A stretch of 64,000 nt of DNA, taken from the NCBI GenBank assembly GCA_963662315.1, contig OY759353.1, forward strand, positions 256,001 through 320,000, read 5' to 3'. Origin of the DNA: Geopsychrobacteraceae bacterium. GTDB lineage: Bacteria; Desulfobacterota; Desulfuromonadia; Desulfuromonadales; Geopsychrobacteraceae. The translations under genes were made by a program, and so were the position numbers. The notes under the pieces were generated by a model, which did no database searches, was not told the origin of the DNA, and was given only the letters and a program-made list of their open reading frames with translations. This document shows, one piece after another, positions 50,837 to 61,338 of this stretch. Position 1 is the first letter of the stretch. Every line of letters starts with the position of its first letter.

Positions 50837-50901
50837 AAAGCAAGACGTGGGGGGCACGTCTTGCAATCCAACATCAAAGTATGGCAAGCAAGTCTTGCCC
50901 T
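50837..50901. repeat. REP-like inverted repeat, copy 3
   Basis: gcaagacgtg-ggggg-cacgtcttgc perfect hairpin followed by aatccaacatcaaagtatggcaagcaag. Confidence 0.8.
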
Positions 50902-51014
50902 TTATCGAAGATATCCGGATCGGACCAAGGAAAATTCTGTAATGACAATTGAATCTCTGGCTTTGGGGCTGATCTCAAACCCTTGCCTGGCTCTCTCCGG
51001 ACAGGCGAAGAAGA

Positions 51015-51527
51015 TTACCAATCCTCCGGATAATCGACGACGGTGGCAGGGTCATTATAGATCAACACCGCCTTCTCATCACGCTCCATGACCTTGAGCG
51101 CTGTATCCACGGGGATCAGCACCAGCTTGTCCTGGTGACTGGCAAGGGCTATTTTTCCCGCCTCAAGCTTGTCAGCGATCTCTTTGGTTGCATAAAAGCG
51201 CTTGATCTTTTTGCCATCGACGTAGTTGTAGGGTTCATCACCCTCTTTTAAGGGCTGATAATTATTGGCGATTAACTGCTTGGCTGCGGCTTGATCGGCT
51301 TTGAGTTTATCCTGCTGTTGTCGCTCGATATTGCGCTGGCGATCAGCAGCGGCCTGCTCTTCACGCTGTTTTTTCAAGCGGGCTTTGGCTTCGGCATCAG
51401 CATTAGCGCTCTGACCCTTCTTGTTCTTTGTCTGCTCCATGCGCTTATCGTGAGCGGCTTTTTTGACCTGTTTTTTATTGACCATGCCAGCTTTAAGCAG
51501 TTGATCTTGCAATGAACCCATCTTCAC
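51015..51527 (-). CDS. DUF2058 (YaiL-like) family protein
   Basis: SLQDQLLKAG, YNYVDGKKIK, C-terminal DYPEDW. Confidence 0.8.
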   Translation of the reverse strand: MKMGSLQDQLLKAGMVNKKQVKKAAHDKRMEQTKNKKGQSANADAEAKARLKKQREEQAAADRQRNIERQQQDKLKADQAAAKQLIANNYQPLKEGDEPYNYVDGKKIKRFYATKEIADKLEAGKIALASHQDKLVLIPVDTALKVMERDEKAVLIYNDPATVVDYPEDW

Positions 51528-51767
51528 TTCCCTTTGTTTGGTGTTTCAATCCCATGTTAGTGCCTGGAGAGAATAGACTATTTTGTTGATGGTGGGCAAA
51601 CTGAAAAGGGTTCAGTTAATACGCGAAGTTGGTAGTGGCCCAAGAGGACAGAGTGATTGCAAATACATCAGGCTTACGGGAAAATCCCCTTCCACCTTGT
51701 CCACAAGAGCCTGACCGTCCCCACCTCTGTTCTGTCAGTTCCGGTCAGGTCGTCAAGCGGTTGTGCT

Positions 51768-52766
51768 TCAGCCTGGTATTGTGGACTTTTTTTCCCGTTC
51801 AAAGCCTTTACGGCTGTTGTATCCTCGTTCGTCAAATGGTTGCAGCTTTTCCTGCCAGCGCAGTTTCAGCGCCATGAGCTGGCGATCTGCCTGGCCCGTA
51901 GGTTCCTGTACTTTAAGCGTGTCCAGAACTTCAAAAACAAAATTTTCTGCACCCTGTTCGCGCAATTCTGCCTGCAATTCACGATTAAAGACAATTTTAC
52001 CCATCTTCAGCTGGAATTCTCGACTTTTTCTTTCTGTTTCAAGGTTGCTGGTGCTGTCGATGTAGATTTTGCCATTACTTAGGTTGCGGATCTGAAAAAT
52101 TCCCATAATGTGCGGCTTGTCCATATATTGGCGCTTCAGTTCTGCACGTTGTGCCTGTGATAGGGAATGGGTAGACGGGGCATTTGTCTGTTTCACTTCT
52201 GGGTCCTCCTTGGGGGCAGCTTCGCGCCAGTACGTTGTTGCTTCGCGCTGTAGCATGTTTTCTTCGATGAGCAGCCGCCGGATGGTGCAGTAATCGTCGA
52301 ACAGCGGCCTGATCAGTTCTGTCACTTCATTCTCTGTATAACGGCGTCCTGGCTCAAAACGTTGGACAAACTGTTCCAGAACGATGAGGCGTTTTTTATG
52401 CTGGGCCGGAAGTTTTTCCAGAATTCCGTGGCGGAAAAAACTGTTCAGGACTTTGCTGCGGTATTCATCAATGCGCTTCTGCTGCAGTTTATTATCTCCC
52501 TGGACTGCGGAAATAATCTCTTTGAGCGGGGTTTCAAGCAGCTCTTTGTTTGCTTCGAGCATGACGTAATACTGCTCTTTTTTACTCCGGATAATTCCGG
52601 CTTGTTCCAGTTTTTTCAGATGAAAAGAAACCGTTGAGGGCGCAAGGCCGTGTCGCTTAGCCAGCTCTTCAACGTATTGGTGGCGCTCCAGTAACGAATT
52701 AACAATAGCCAGCCGCGATTTGTCGGCCAAGGCTTTCATAATGGCAATGCTTTGTTCGGCGTTCAT
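51768..52766 (-). CDS. ArsR-family HTH + DUF2087 + GIY-YIG-like domain protein
   Basis: Start 52766 (CAGGAG); KALADKSRL...STVSFHLKKL; LPAQHKKR...YTENEV...DDYCTIRR; GIFQIRN..NGKIYI. Confidence 0.78.
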   Translation of the reverse strand: MNAEQSIAIMKALADKSRLAIVNSLLERHQYVEELAKRHGLAPSTVSFHLKKLEQAGIIRSKKEQYYVMLEANKELLETPLKEIISAVQGDNKLQQKRIDEYRSKVLNSFFRHGILEKLPAQHKKRLIVLEQFVQRFEPGRRYTENEVTELIRPLFDDYCTIRRLLIEENMLQREATTYWREAAPKEDPEVKQTNAPSTHSLSQAQRAELKRQYMDKPHIMGIFQIRNLSNGKIYIDSTSNLETERKSREFQLKMGKIVFNRELQAELREQGAENFVFEVLDTLKVQEPTGQADRQLMALKLRWQEKLQPFDERGYNSRKGFEREKKSTIPG

Positions 52767-52779
52767 GTTGTTCTCCTGA

Positions 52780-52795
52780 TTCGATATGTATCGAA
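52780..52795. promoter_or_regulatory. Putative ArsR autoregulatory operator
   Basis: TTCGATA-tg-TATCGAA inverted repeat just upstream of the ArsR gene's RBS. Confidence 0.5.
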
Positions 52796-52988
52796 ATAAA
52801 AAGATAGATGTATGCACCGCTGAAGTCAAATTAAATTTATATTTATCGAATTAAATATGTTGGCGATGTGCTATCTATGTGGGATCAGAATCGCACTTAT
52901 GTTTGCTTAGGTGCTATAATTAGCGGCGAGACAATGGCTAATATTTTCAGTACAAAAAATTTTAAGTTACGCTCAATTGGAGGAAATA

Positions 52989-53471
52989 ATGAAAATATCT
53001 ATAATTCTAATACTTCTCAGTCTGTTAACCGCTCCGGCATTCGCCGAGGACCTGAACATCACCATCAAACACGACCAGTCAGGTGTCGCGGACGAAATCA
53101 TCAAACTGAAGGATTTTGATTTTGAGCTTCAGCAGCGGGAACGGGAGCGGATGAAGCGCTGGAATATTGAAGATTCCAATGATGCCGTAAAAGTGGGGGA
53201 TGGTTATTTCAATGAAGGTGAAATTGACGATGCGCTGTTCTTTTATCAAATGGCGATCAAAATTGACCGGACCAATGCTGATGCACACAAAAAGTATCTT
53301 GCGGCCAGAAAAGCAGAGAAGGAAACCTCTTCTCCCCGGTACCACCGGGCGATGGAATATGACCGCAAGGGGATGAAGGATAGGGCGATTGATGAGTTGG
53401 TCCAGGAGCTTAAGGAGCATCCGGATAATGAGCAGGCGCGGATTAAGTTGAATGAGATTGAGAGTAAATAG
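52989..53471 (+). CDS. Secreted TPR-repeat protein
   Basis: Signal peptide ending AFA; two TPR-like segments (GDGYF..G.IDDA..FYQMAIKID; AIDEL...HPDNEQAR). Confidence 0.75.
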   Translation: MKISIILILLSLLTAPAFAEDLNITIKHDQSGVADEIIKLKDFDFELQQRERERMKRWNIEDSNDAVKVGDGYFNEGEIDDALFFYQMAIKIDRTNADAHKKYLAARKAEKETSSPRYHRAMEYDRKGMKDRAIDELVQELKEHPDNEQARIKLNEIESK

Positions 53472-54601
53472 TGCGGGGGGCACAGCCCTGTGACTTTGCT
53501 CGTTTCATTTAAATTATAAAAGACAAAGTCGCCGGGTCCCGGCCCGGCAGCCGGGTTCATTTTTCCCAGCGATGGAAAAACGAACCAAAAAGATCTTTGA
53601 AGGTCAAGGTAACTGACGATAACAGTGAAGGGCTACGGTTGAACGTTGCAGGATGCAATTAAGCGGCAGCCCACGCTGCTTCGCAGCTAACGGGCAAGGA
53701 CGTTAGTTGGAAGACGAAGTATAGAGTTTCTATCGATTTTCGCTACTAAACCCATCATCAATAAATAATGCGGTTCTGGCCATCAGGCGGGTTTGAGCCG
53801 TCAGGCCGGTCAGTCAAAAGCTGGCAGCTTTTTGGTGCCCAACGACGCCCGAACGCGGACATATTAAAGAGGGCTTTTTGTGCTTACTATTTTTAGCCTG
53901 ATTGTGAAAAATAGTAAGGCGCAGTGCGGGGGCGCAACACCGCGACTTTGCTTGTTTCTTTCAAATCATAAAAGACAAGGTCGCCGGGTCCCGGCCCGGC
54001 AGCCGGGTTCATTTTTCCCAGCGATGGAAAAACGAACCAAAAAGATCTTTGAAGGTCAAGGACACTGACGATAGCTGTGTTGGGCTAGGTTTGAACGTTG
54101 CCGGGTGAATTTAACCGGCAGCCCACGCTGCTTCGCAGCTAACGGGCAAAAGGCGTTAGTTGGAAGACGAAGTATAGAGTTTCTATCGATTTTCGCTACT
54201 AAACCCATCATCTATCAATAATGCGGTTCTGGCCATTAGGCGGGTTTGAGCCGTCAGGCCGGCTGGTCAATTTCTGGCTGTTTCTTGAAAAACAACGACG
54301 CCCGAACACGGACATATTAAAGAGGGCTTTTTGTGCTTACTATTTTTAGCCTGATTGTGAAAAATAGTAAGGCGCAGTGCGGGGGCGCAACACCGCGACT
54401 TTGCTTGTTTCTTTCAAATCATAAAAGACAAAGTCGCCGGGTCCCGGCCCGGCAGCCGGGTTCATTTTTCCCAGCGATGGAAAAACGAACCAAAAAGATC
54501 TTTGAAGGTCAAGGACACTGACGATAGCTGTGTTGGGCTACGTTTGAACGTTGCGAGGTGGAATGAACCGGCAGCCCACGCTGCTTTGCAGCTAACGGGC
54601 A
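53470..54601 (+). repeat. ~455-bp structured repeat, array D (about 2.5 units)
   Basis: Anchors at 53532, 53984, 54437 (periods 452, 453). Confidence 0.96.
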
Positions 54602-54669
54602 AGAGCACTTATTGTGAGTTTGTCCTCGCAACTCCGTGACTTTGGTATTGACTGTTGTGATATAAACGC

Positions 54670-54712
54670 AAAAGGCCGTCATCATCTGCACAACAGACAA
54701 TGACGGCCTTTT
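54670..54712 (-). terminator. Terminator of the NSS transporter gene
   Basis: aaaaggccgtcat...atgacggcctttt. Confidence 0.7.
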
Positions 54713-54736
54713 AACATAAAACATCACGCACAACTG

Positions 54737-56122
54737 TTAGCCAAACAAAGACCCGATATAAGCAAACAGCCCCGACTCCTTCACCTTGGCATAAAGCACA
54801 AACGCCACTGCCAGTGGAGAAATAAAGCGAATGGTGAAATGCCAGAGCGGGAATACCCAACCACAGTTTCCCGAAACCAGTTCAGCTTTCTCCTCTGTTC
54901 CTTTCCAGAACCAACCGACATAAATAGCAATAAACAGTCCGGCAATGGGGAGCAGGTAGTTGGAGGCGATCAGGTCGATACTGTCGAAAAACGCCCGCTC
55001 ACCAAGGAATGTCATCTCACCAAGAACGTTGTAGGACAAAGCAGACGGAATACCGACGATAAAACAGAGCAACGCCAGGAAAGCAGTAGCCGGTTTTCTG
55101 CCCCAGCCACGCTCATCGATCAGATAGGCGACCTGGGCTTCAAGCAGAGAAATGGTACTGGTCAGGGCGGCAAAGGCAATCAGCAGGAAGAACAGGATGG
55201 CGAGGAAATAGCCTCCTGGAATTTGGGAGAAAACGACCGGGATAGTTTTGAAAACCAGTCCAGGTCCCGCCGATGGATGCATCCCGACAGCAAAAACAAT
55301 GGGGAAAATGGCCAGCCCGGAAATAAGCGCAATCAAGGTGTCGAGACCGGCGACCCGCAGACTCACTCCGACCAGATTGGTATCTTTCTGCAGGTAAGAC
55401 CCATAAGTAATCATGATCGCCATACCCAGAGAGAGGGTATAGAAGGAGTGCCCCATGGCTTCCAGAACTGAGGCCGTCGTTAATTTGCTGAAGTCCGGGT
55501 AAAACATGAACCGCAGCCCCTCAGCGGCGCCATCACTGAGCATGCCGTTAATGAAGAGCAGCAGCAGCAAGCACAACAGTAATGGCATAAGGATTTTGCT
55601 CCAGCGCTCAATCCCTTTCTGGATACCGCCAATAACGATGGCCAGAGTCAGAATAATAAAGCCGAAGTGGCAGATAATCTGACGCGAACCGTCACCAATA
55701 AGGCCACCGAACATCCCCTCGATGGTTTCCGGGGATTGGCCGACAAAGGCACCCTGTATGGCCCGCCAGACATAATCCAGAGTCCAGCCGGCGACGACGG
55801 AGTAGTAGGAGAGAATAATAAAGGAGGTAATAACGCTGACCCAGCCGACCAGCTGCCAGGGGGAGCGTTTGCCTTCCAGGGCAATAAAGGCGCCGACGGC
55901 ATCCTTTTGGGTATGGCGGCCAATCATCAGCTCTGCAATCATGATCGGCAGGCCGACAATAGCGATACAGATAAGATAGACGATTACAAAAGCCCCACCG
56001 CCGTTCTGGCCGGTGATATAGGGGAACTTCCAGATATTACCAAGGCCGATGGCGCTACCCGCCGCAGCCAGAATAAAGCCCAGGCGTGATGCCCATTGTC
56101 CTCGTCTTTGAGGAGTTGTCAT
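54737..56122 (-). CDS. Sodium-dependent transporter (NSS/SNF family)
   Basis: GSAIGLGNIWKFPY, GGGAF, YYSVVAGW, KGIER, GPGLVF. Confidence 0.93.
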   Translation of the reverse strand: MTTPQRRGQWASRLGFILAAAGSAIGLGNIWKFPYITGQNGGGAFVIVYLICIAIVGLPIMIAELMIGRHTQKDAVGAFIALEGKRSPWQLVGWVSVITSFIILSYYSVVAGWTLDYVWRAIQGAFVGQSPETIEGMFGGLIGDGSRQIICHFGFIILTLAIVIGGIQKGIERWSKILMPLLLCLLLLLFINGMLSDGAAEGLRFMFYPDFSKLTTASVLEAMGHSFYTLSLGMAIMITYGSYLQKDTNLVGVSLRVAGLDTLIALISGLAIFPIVFAVGMHPSAGPGLVFKTIPVVFSQIPGGYFLAILFFLLIAFAALTSTISLLEAQVAYLIDERGWGRKPATAFLALLCFIVGIPSALSYNVLGEMTFLGERAFFDSIDLIASNYLLPIAGLFIAIYVGWFWKGTEEKAELVSGNCGWVFPLWHFTIRFISPLAVAFVLYAKVKESGLFAYIGSLFG

Positions 56123-56540
56123 GCTGTGAATCCTTTCCTGTTTGTTTGATGACGATATGATTAAGCCATCAGGCTAAAAAACAAAGGCGCGATAGTAACA
56201 CTGAGTTTGCTGAGGGGGAATACAAAATGTTCATAAAAATTCCCCGGCACGGACGACGTGCCGAGCCGGGGCGATCGATCGGTGCAGTCGCGCAGATTGA
56301 GCGTGAAGGAATTGCCAGTGGCGAAGAGGGGCTGTTGTCGTTAAATGTGTGCTCTAATGCGCAGTGTCCTTGGAAAAAATTAATGGTTGGGCTACTATCA
56401 TGGGTATTCTGTTATTATCTAGCGACACTACTGTGGAAAAGAGAAGGGTCGGCATTTTGAGTGGATTAAATACCCGTGCTGTGATGGTTTTGACATTTTT
56501 TCTTCCTGAAAATCAATTTTTCCATTAATCCGGAGATTTT

Positions 56541-58487
56541 ATGGCCGATAAAGACCTATCAACAATCGATTGGTTTGAAATGGAAAGTGATTTTTTCAAA
56601 CAAACCATTGAAGCATCAAAAGAAGCCATTTTTTGGCTGAAGGATTCAGGACAGTTCGCCTATGTCAATAAAAGCGCCTGCGACTCCCTTAATTATTCCA
56701 GAGAAGAATTACTTTCTAAGTATTTATGGGATATTGATCCTGATTATAGCGAGGAAACATTTCAATCGTTATGGGGAAAATTGGCCATTAACGAAACAGT
56801 TCAACATGAAACAAGGCATCAGCGTAAAGATGGAACAACCTTTCCGGTTGAGGTCTATTCCACCGTTCTTTCCTATAAAGGCAAGATATATCACACCTCT
56901 TTTGTCAGGAACCTTAGCGAGCGTAAGGCTGTCGAGGCGACTTTAAGGGAAAGTGAAAATCGTTTCCGGGCTCTGTTGGATACGATTCCGGACTATATCT
57001 GGCTCAAGGATGGTGATGGGGTTTATCTTTCGTGTAACGCCAATTTTGAAAAACTCTATGGAGCTAAAGATATCATCGGGAAAACCGATTATGATTTTGT
57101 CGATAAGGATTTAGCAGACTTTTTCCGGCAGAACGACAAGATTGCCATGCAGGCCAGCAAACCGATGACCAACGAAGAATGGCTCACTGTTGCTGTGACT
57201 GGTGAAAAAATTCTAATGCTGACAACCAAGGTGCCTATGTATGCTCCAGATGGGAGTATTATCGGCGTGTTAGGAGTCGGTCGCGATATCACAGCGTTAA
57301 AAAAGGCCGAAGAAGAAAAGAGCGAATTGGAAAACCAGCTTTACCAGACGCGCAAGATCGAATCCATCGGGCAGCTTGCCGGTGGTATCGCGCATGATTT
57401 TAATAATATGCTTGGTGTCATTCTTGGCCACTGCGAGTTGGTGCGGCTAAAAGGTCAGGGCGATAATCCCTTTGATTTTCATATACAGGAAATACAAAAA
57501 GCGGCCCGACATTCAGCGGACTTAACCAAGCAATTATTAACCTTTGCACGCAAACAGACTATTTCTCCGCAGTCGATTGATTTAAATGAAACGGTGCCAA
57601 GCATGCTGAAAATGCTGCAGCGGCTTATTGGTGAAGAAATAAAATTGTTTTGGTCGCCAGCACCTCAGCTTTGGCCGATCTATGTCGATCCGTCTCAGGT
57701 TGACCAGATCCTGGCCAACTTATGTGTCAATGCTCGCGATGCGATCAATGGGAGCGGCAATATTTATATAGAAACTGAAAATATCAGCTTTCAGGAAGTT
57801 CCTGATAAATTTAAAGCCTTCGATGTGATGCCGGGACACTATGTCAAAATAGCTGTCACTGATAATGGCTGTGGCATGACGAAAGAGATTCTGGCTCATA
57901 TATTTGAACCCTTCTATACCACCAAGAGCGTTGGCTCTGGAACCGGATTGGGCCTCGCAACGGTATACGGGGCCGTGAAACAGAATGACGGCTTTATCGA
58001 TGTGCACAGTGAACCAGGGGCAGGGACAACATTTGACATTTTCTTCCCTCGTAATACGGCGGTCAAGGTTTCCGTGCCAAATAACGAAGGAAGTCATTTT
58101 TTTCATGGCAATGAAACGATTCTGCTCGTGGAAGATGAAGAAATGCTCCTCAATATGGAGTCTGCTATCCTCGCGCAGTGCGGCTACCAGGTTTTAGCTG
58201 CAGGTAATGCTGAAAGAGCTGTTGCGATCGCTCAGACTCATTCCGGGCCAATTCACATTTTAGTCACCGATGTTGTCATGCCGGAAATGAATGGCTGGGA
58301 ATTAAGTAAAAAGTTGGAAGCAATCAGGCCTGAGATGAAAGTCCTTTTTCTCTCAGGCTATTCGGCGGATATTCTGTCAAATAAAAGAAATGTCAGTCAG
58401 GGGATCAATATTCTTAAAAAACCAATCTCCATGACCTCTTTAACGTTAAAAATTAGAAATATACTCAATGACCTAGAGAACCCTTAA
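56541..58487 (+). CDS. PAS-PAS hybrid sensor histidine kinase / receiver
   Basis: AHDFNN H-box, NLCVNARDA, DNGCGM, EPFYTTK, GTGLGL; receiver LLVEDE...TDVVMP. Confidence 0.93.
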   Translation: MADKDLSTIDWFEMESDFFKQTIEASKEAIFWLKDSGQFAYVNKSACDSLNYSREELLSKYLWDIDPDYSEETFQSLWGKLAINETVQHETRHQRKDGTTFPVEVYSTVLSYKGKIYHTSFVRNLSERKAVEATLRESENRFRALLDTIPDYIWLKDGDGVYLSCNANFEKLYGAKDIIGKTDYDFVDKDLADFFRQNDKIAMQASKPMTNEEWLTVAVTGEKILMLTTKVPMYAPDGSIIGVLGVGRDITALKKAEEEKSELENQLYQTRKIESIGQLAGGIAHDFNNMLGVILGHCELVRLKGQGDNPFDFHIQEIQKAARHSADLTKQLLTFARKQTISPQSIDLNETVPSMLKMLQRLIGEEIKLFWSPAPQLWPIYVDPSQVDQILANLCVNARDAINGSGNIYIETENISFQEVPDKFKAFDVMPGHYVKIAVTDNGCGMTKEILAHIFEPFYTTKSVGSGTGLGLATVYGAVKQNDGFIDVHSEPGAGTTFDIFFPRNTAVKVSVPNNEGSHFFHGNETILLVEDEEMLLNMESAILAQCGYQVLAAGNAERAVAIAQTHSGPIHILVTDVVMPEMNGWELSKKLEAIRPEMKVLFLSGYSADILSNKRNVSQGINILKKPISMTSLTLKIRNILNDLENP

Positions 58488-58598
58488 GCGAACGGCCTAT
58501 TGCGGGCAAAGAACAGGCCCTGGGGAGGGGAACCTGCGCGGCTTGTTCTCTAACCATGATCAAGATACCTAGCTTAATAGTTAAGAAAATATACCTTC

Positions 58599-60143
58599 AT
58601 GTTTGAATTGCACTTAAACAGTCTGCCATCGTTTTCTATTCTGCTGCTTGTTATTGCCGCTTTTGAGATTTTTTTTACTGCCCTCGCATTTCATCAACGG
58701 AGAACTGTTGGGGGGAGTTCTTTTTTGTGTTTGATGCTGGCAATGATTGTTTATACCGTAGGGTATGCTTTTGAAATAGCGTCAGCAGATCTGCACACGG
58801 CCCTGTTTTTTTCCGATATTCAATATCTTGGCATACCGTTTATTCCGTTTTTTCTCTATTCTCTGGTCCGGAAATATCTGACCAATACCAATAGCATTCC
58901 TTCTAAATTAGCGGTTTTTTTGCTTATTATCCCGCTATGTACTTTCTTTTTGCACTTAACGCTTTTCAAGCACAATTTATTTTACATAGATCCATCCCTT
59001 ATCTTTAAGGACGGTTGTTCCATCCTGCAGTTCAAAAAAGGGGCATGGTATTACATCGATTCGGCATATAAGATCATTCTTGTTCTCATGTCCTTGGTTT
59101 ATAGTGTTTTTCGCTTTGCTAAAAATAAAAAGTATAGAAATAATGTTTCGCTAATCATATTAGCAACAACTTTCCCATTCTTAGGTTATGTCTTATATAT
59201 TGCCGAGCTGACGCCTAAATATATAGATATCAATCCCCTTGTATTTGGGGCCTCATGTCCTATTTTAGCTATAGCGATTTTCCACCTGTCCCTCTTTGAA
59301 ATTGTTCCGGTTGCAAGAGATCATATTTTTGAAAACCTAGACCATGGACTTCTGGTAACAAATACAGAGAACAAAATGGTTGACTACAATGTGTCAATAA
59401 AATCAATGTTCCCGGAAATTGAAAACTATCGAATTGGAACCAATATTAATGACATTTATCTCCAGAATAGAGGAAAAAAAGAGAATCTCTTTACTCTTCT
59501 GAATGAGAATAAGACATTTATCATTAATAATTATGGGCTAGAACATTATTACAACATAAAACGAAATCATATATCGAATAACAATAAGTTTAATGGCGGA
59601 ATCATTTATATCCTTTCCGATGTAACAGAGGAGAAGACCCTCGAGAAGAAACTTCATACCATGGCCACGACTGATGCTTTAACAGGTGTAGAAAACCGGC
59701 GTAATATTATTGAGGTTGGAGAGAAAGCACTTGAATATGCTATGCGCTACAAGCGGGAGATGAGTCTTCTTATTTTTGATATTGATCACTATAAAAATAT
59801 CAATGACACTTGGGGACATCAGTCTGGCGATAAAGTATTGATGGGCATGATCCAACTCTGCAAACAGTATATTCGCGAAAACGACTCTCTGGGCCGCTAT
59901 GGTGGGGACGAATTCATTCTTATTTTACCGGAAGCTTCCCATTCAACAGCATTGATTGTTGCCGAAAAGTTGCGTAAAGCGATTGCGGAAACAGCCATCT
60001 CTCTGGAAAAAGGACGGATTAATGTGACTGCAAGCTTCGGAGTCGCAACGCTGATAAAAGGCGAGACCTTCAATGACCTTTTTAATCGTGCTGATCAACA
60101 GTTATATCGGGCCAAAAGTGCAGGCAGGAACCATGTCTGCTAA
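58599..60143 (+). CDS. HisKA_7TM-PAS-GGDEF diguanylate cyclase
   Basis: Seven hydrophobic segments, PVARDHIFENL, TDALTG, REND, GGDEF. Confidence 0.87.
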   Translation: MFELHLNSLPSFSILLLVIAAFEIFFTALAFHQRRTVGGSSFLCLMLAMIVYTVGYAFEIASADLHTALFFSDIQYLGIPFIPFFLYSLVRKYLTNTNSIPSKLAVFLLIIPLCTFFLHLTLFKHNLFYIDPSLIFKDGCSILQFKKGAWYYIDSAYKIILVLMSLVYSVFRFAKNKKYRNNVSLIILATTFPFLGYVLYIAELTPKYIDINPLVFGASCPILAIAIFHLSLFEIVPVARDHIFENLDHGLLVTNTENKMVDYNVSIKSMFPEIENYRIGTNINDIYLQNRGKKENLFTLLNENKTFIINNYGLEHYYNIKRNHISNNNKFNGGIIYILSDVTEEKTLEKKLHTMATTDALTGVENRRNIIEVGEKALEYAMRYKREMSLLIFDIDHYKNINDTWGHQSGDKVLMGMIQLCKQYIRENDSLGRYGGDEFILILPEASHSTALIVAEKLRKAIAETAISLEKGRINVTASFGVATLIKGETFNDLFNRADQQLYRAKSAGRNHVC

Positions 60144-60185
60144 AGGGGCATCCCCCGACTGAGGGGCGGAGCAAGAAAAAAAGAC

Positions 60186-60222
60186 AAAAAAAAGCCCCTG
60201 ACAAGTCAGAGGCTGTTTTTTT
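60186..60222. terminator. Bidirectional terminator between the GGDEF gene and the tRNA
   Basis: aaaaaaagcccctgac-aa-gtcagaggctgttttt. Confidence 0.65.
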
Positions 60223-60227
60223 GTTTA

Positions 60228-60312
60228 TGGTACCGAAGGCCGGAGTCGAACCGGCACACCTTGCGGCAACGGTGTTTGAGACCGTCGTGTCTACCAATTC
60301 CACCACTTCGGC
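60228..60312 (-). tRNA. tRNA-Leu (anticodon CAA)
   Basis: GCCGAAG acceptor stem, GG D-loop, ACGGT-CTCAAAC-ACCGT anticodon arm, long variable arm, GGTTCGACTCC, 3' CCA; 85 nt. Confidence 0.96.
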
Positions 60313-60494
60313 ACGTGAGGGCTGATTATAGTTACGCAGAGCCGTTTGTCAACCCTGTATTCATTGCACATCTAAAAAAAATAGTATCTGGCCGTCCATC
60401 ATCACGCCGGGCGACCCACCGAGAATAGCAATCTGTGCTGCCAAGGCAGAGTCGAAGTGGGTAGCATCACAGAGAAATCACTTTGAGGCCATAT

Positions 60495-61334
60495 TTAATC
60501 GACTTTAGGCAGCGACTGTTTCAACAAGATCAACAGCATTTGCCAGGTTTCGGCTCCTGCCAGTAGCGTTCCGTCAAGGCTGGCAATCGGTCTGACGCCG
60601 ATCAGGGAGTTGGTGATAAAGGCCTCATCTGCATCCAGCAACTCTTGAAGGGTGATATCCTGTTCGACCACCTGCATGTCGAGCAGTGGGATCAGCTGCA
60701 GCAGCTTTTGCCGGACAATACCGTTCAGCACCAGGTTGCCGCATGGCGGTGTCAACAGCGTACGGTTTTTACGGATAAACAGGTTGGTGGTGGCGCCCTC
60801 CAGAACATGGCCATTGTGATCAACGAAGATGGCCTCATCAGCCTTGTTCTCACTGGCATAGTGCCGCGCATACAGGCAATCTGCATAATTCCCCCGCTTC
60901 ATCTGCGGGAGGTGGCTGGTTGGGTTGACCCTGTGGTTGGGGGCGGTGACGCAGGTGACCGGCGTGGGCCACCTACCGTCTTTTGTTTCCTGATAAGGGG
61001 TGGCGGTAATACAGAACCAGGCCTCCTTGTCGTCCGGATATTCAAGGCCGTGAAATTCCCCGCGACTGATGGTCAGGCGCAGGCGTGAACAGGGGCAGGT
61101 GATCTTTGTGCAGACCTGCTGCAGGGCGGTTTCAATGGCAGCACGATTGCAGGGGAAGTTGAGGGCCTTGGCTGATTGCTCAAGACGGTCCAGGTGTTCC
61201 TTTTGCAGCATGATGGTTGTGCCATAGGCTTTCATGGTTTCGAAAAGGGTTTCACCGAACAGTACGCTGCCGTCACTGATAGAGACGTTGGCTTCGTGGT
61301 CGGCGACAAAATGGCCATTAATGTTGATCAGCAT
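60495..61334 (-). CDS. pabC: Aminotransferase class IV / 4-amino-4-deoxychorismate lyase
   Basis: FGETLFET, HLDRL, EGATTNLF, LNGIVR, DEAFITNS; follows pabB. Confidence 0.82.
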   Translation of the reverse strand: MLININGHFVADHEANVSISDGSVLFGETLFETMKAYGTTIMLQKEHLDRLEQSAKALNFPCNRAAIETALQQVCTKITCPCSRLRLTISRGEFHGLEYPDDKEAWFCITATPYQETKDGRWPTPVTCVTAPNHRVNPTSHLPQMKRGNYADCLYARHYASENKADEAIFVDHNGHVLEGATTNLFIRKNRTLLTPPCGNLVLNGIVRQKLLQLIPLLDMQVVEQDITLQELLDADEAFITNSLIGVRPIASLDGTLLAGAETWQMLLILLKQSLPKVD

Positions 61335-61338
61335 GAGG

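Noticed and set aside
46225..50901. Classical integron
   Set aside because: No intI gene, no attC core-site pattern, and mixed gene orientation.
53880..54521. Repeated short ORFs (MLTIFSLIVKNSK..., and MNPAAGPGPG... elsewhere) as protein genes
   Set aside because: They are by-products of the repeat; frames and lengths differ between copies and there is no RBS.
4984..60143. Hypr (3',3'-cGAMP-making) GGDEF enzymes
   Set aside because: All four cyclases keep the Asp in GHxxGD, which indicates ordinary c-di-GMP synthases.
58599..60312. tRNA-Leu as the attachment site of the accessory island
   Set aside because: No integrase and no duplicated tRNA 3' end found by eye in the window.
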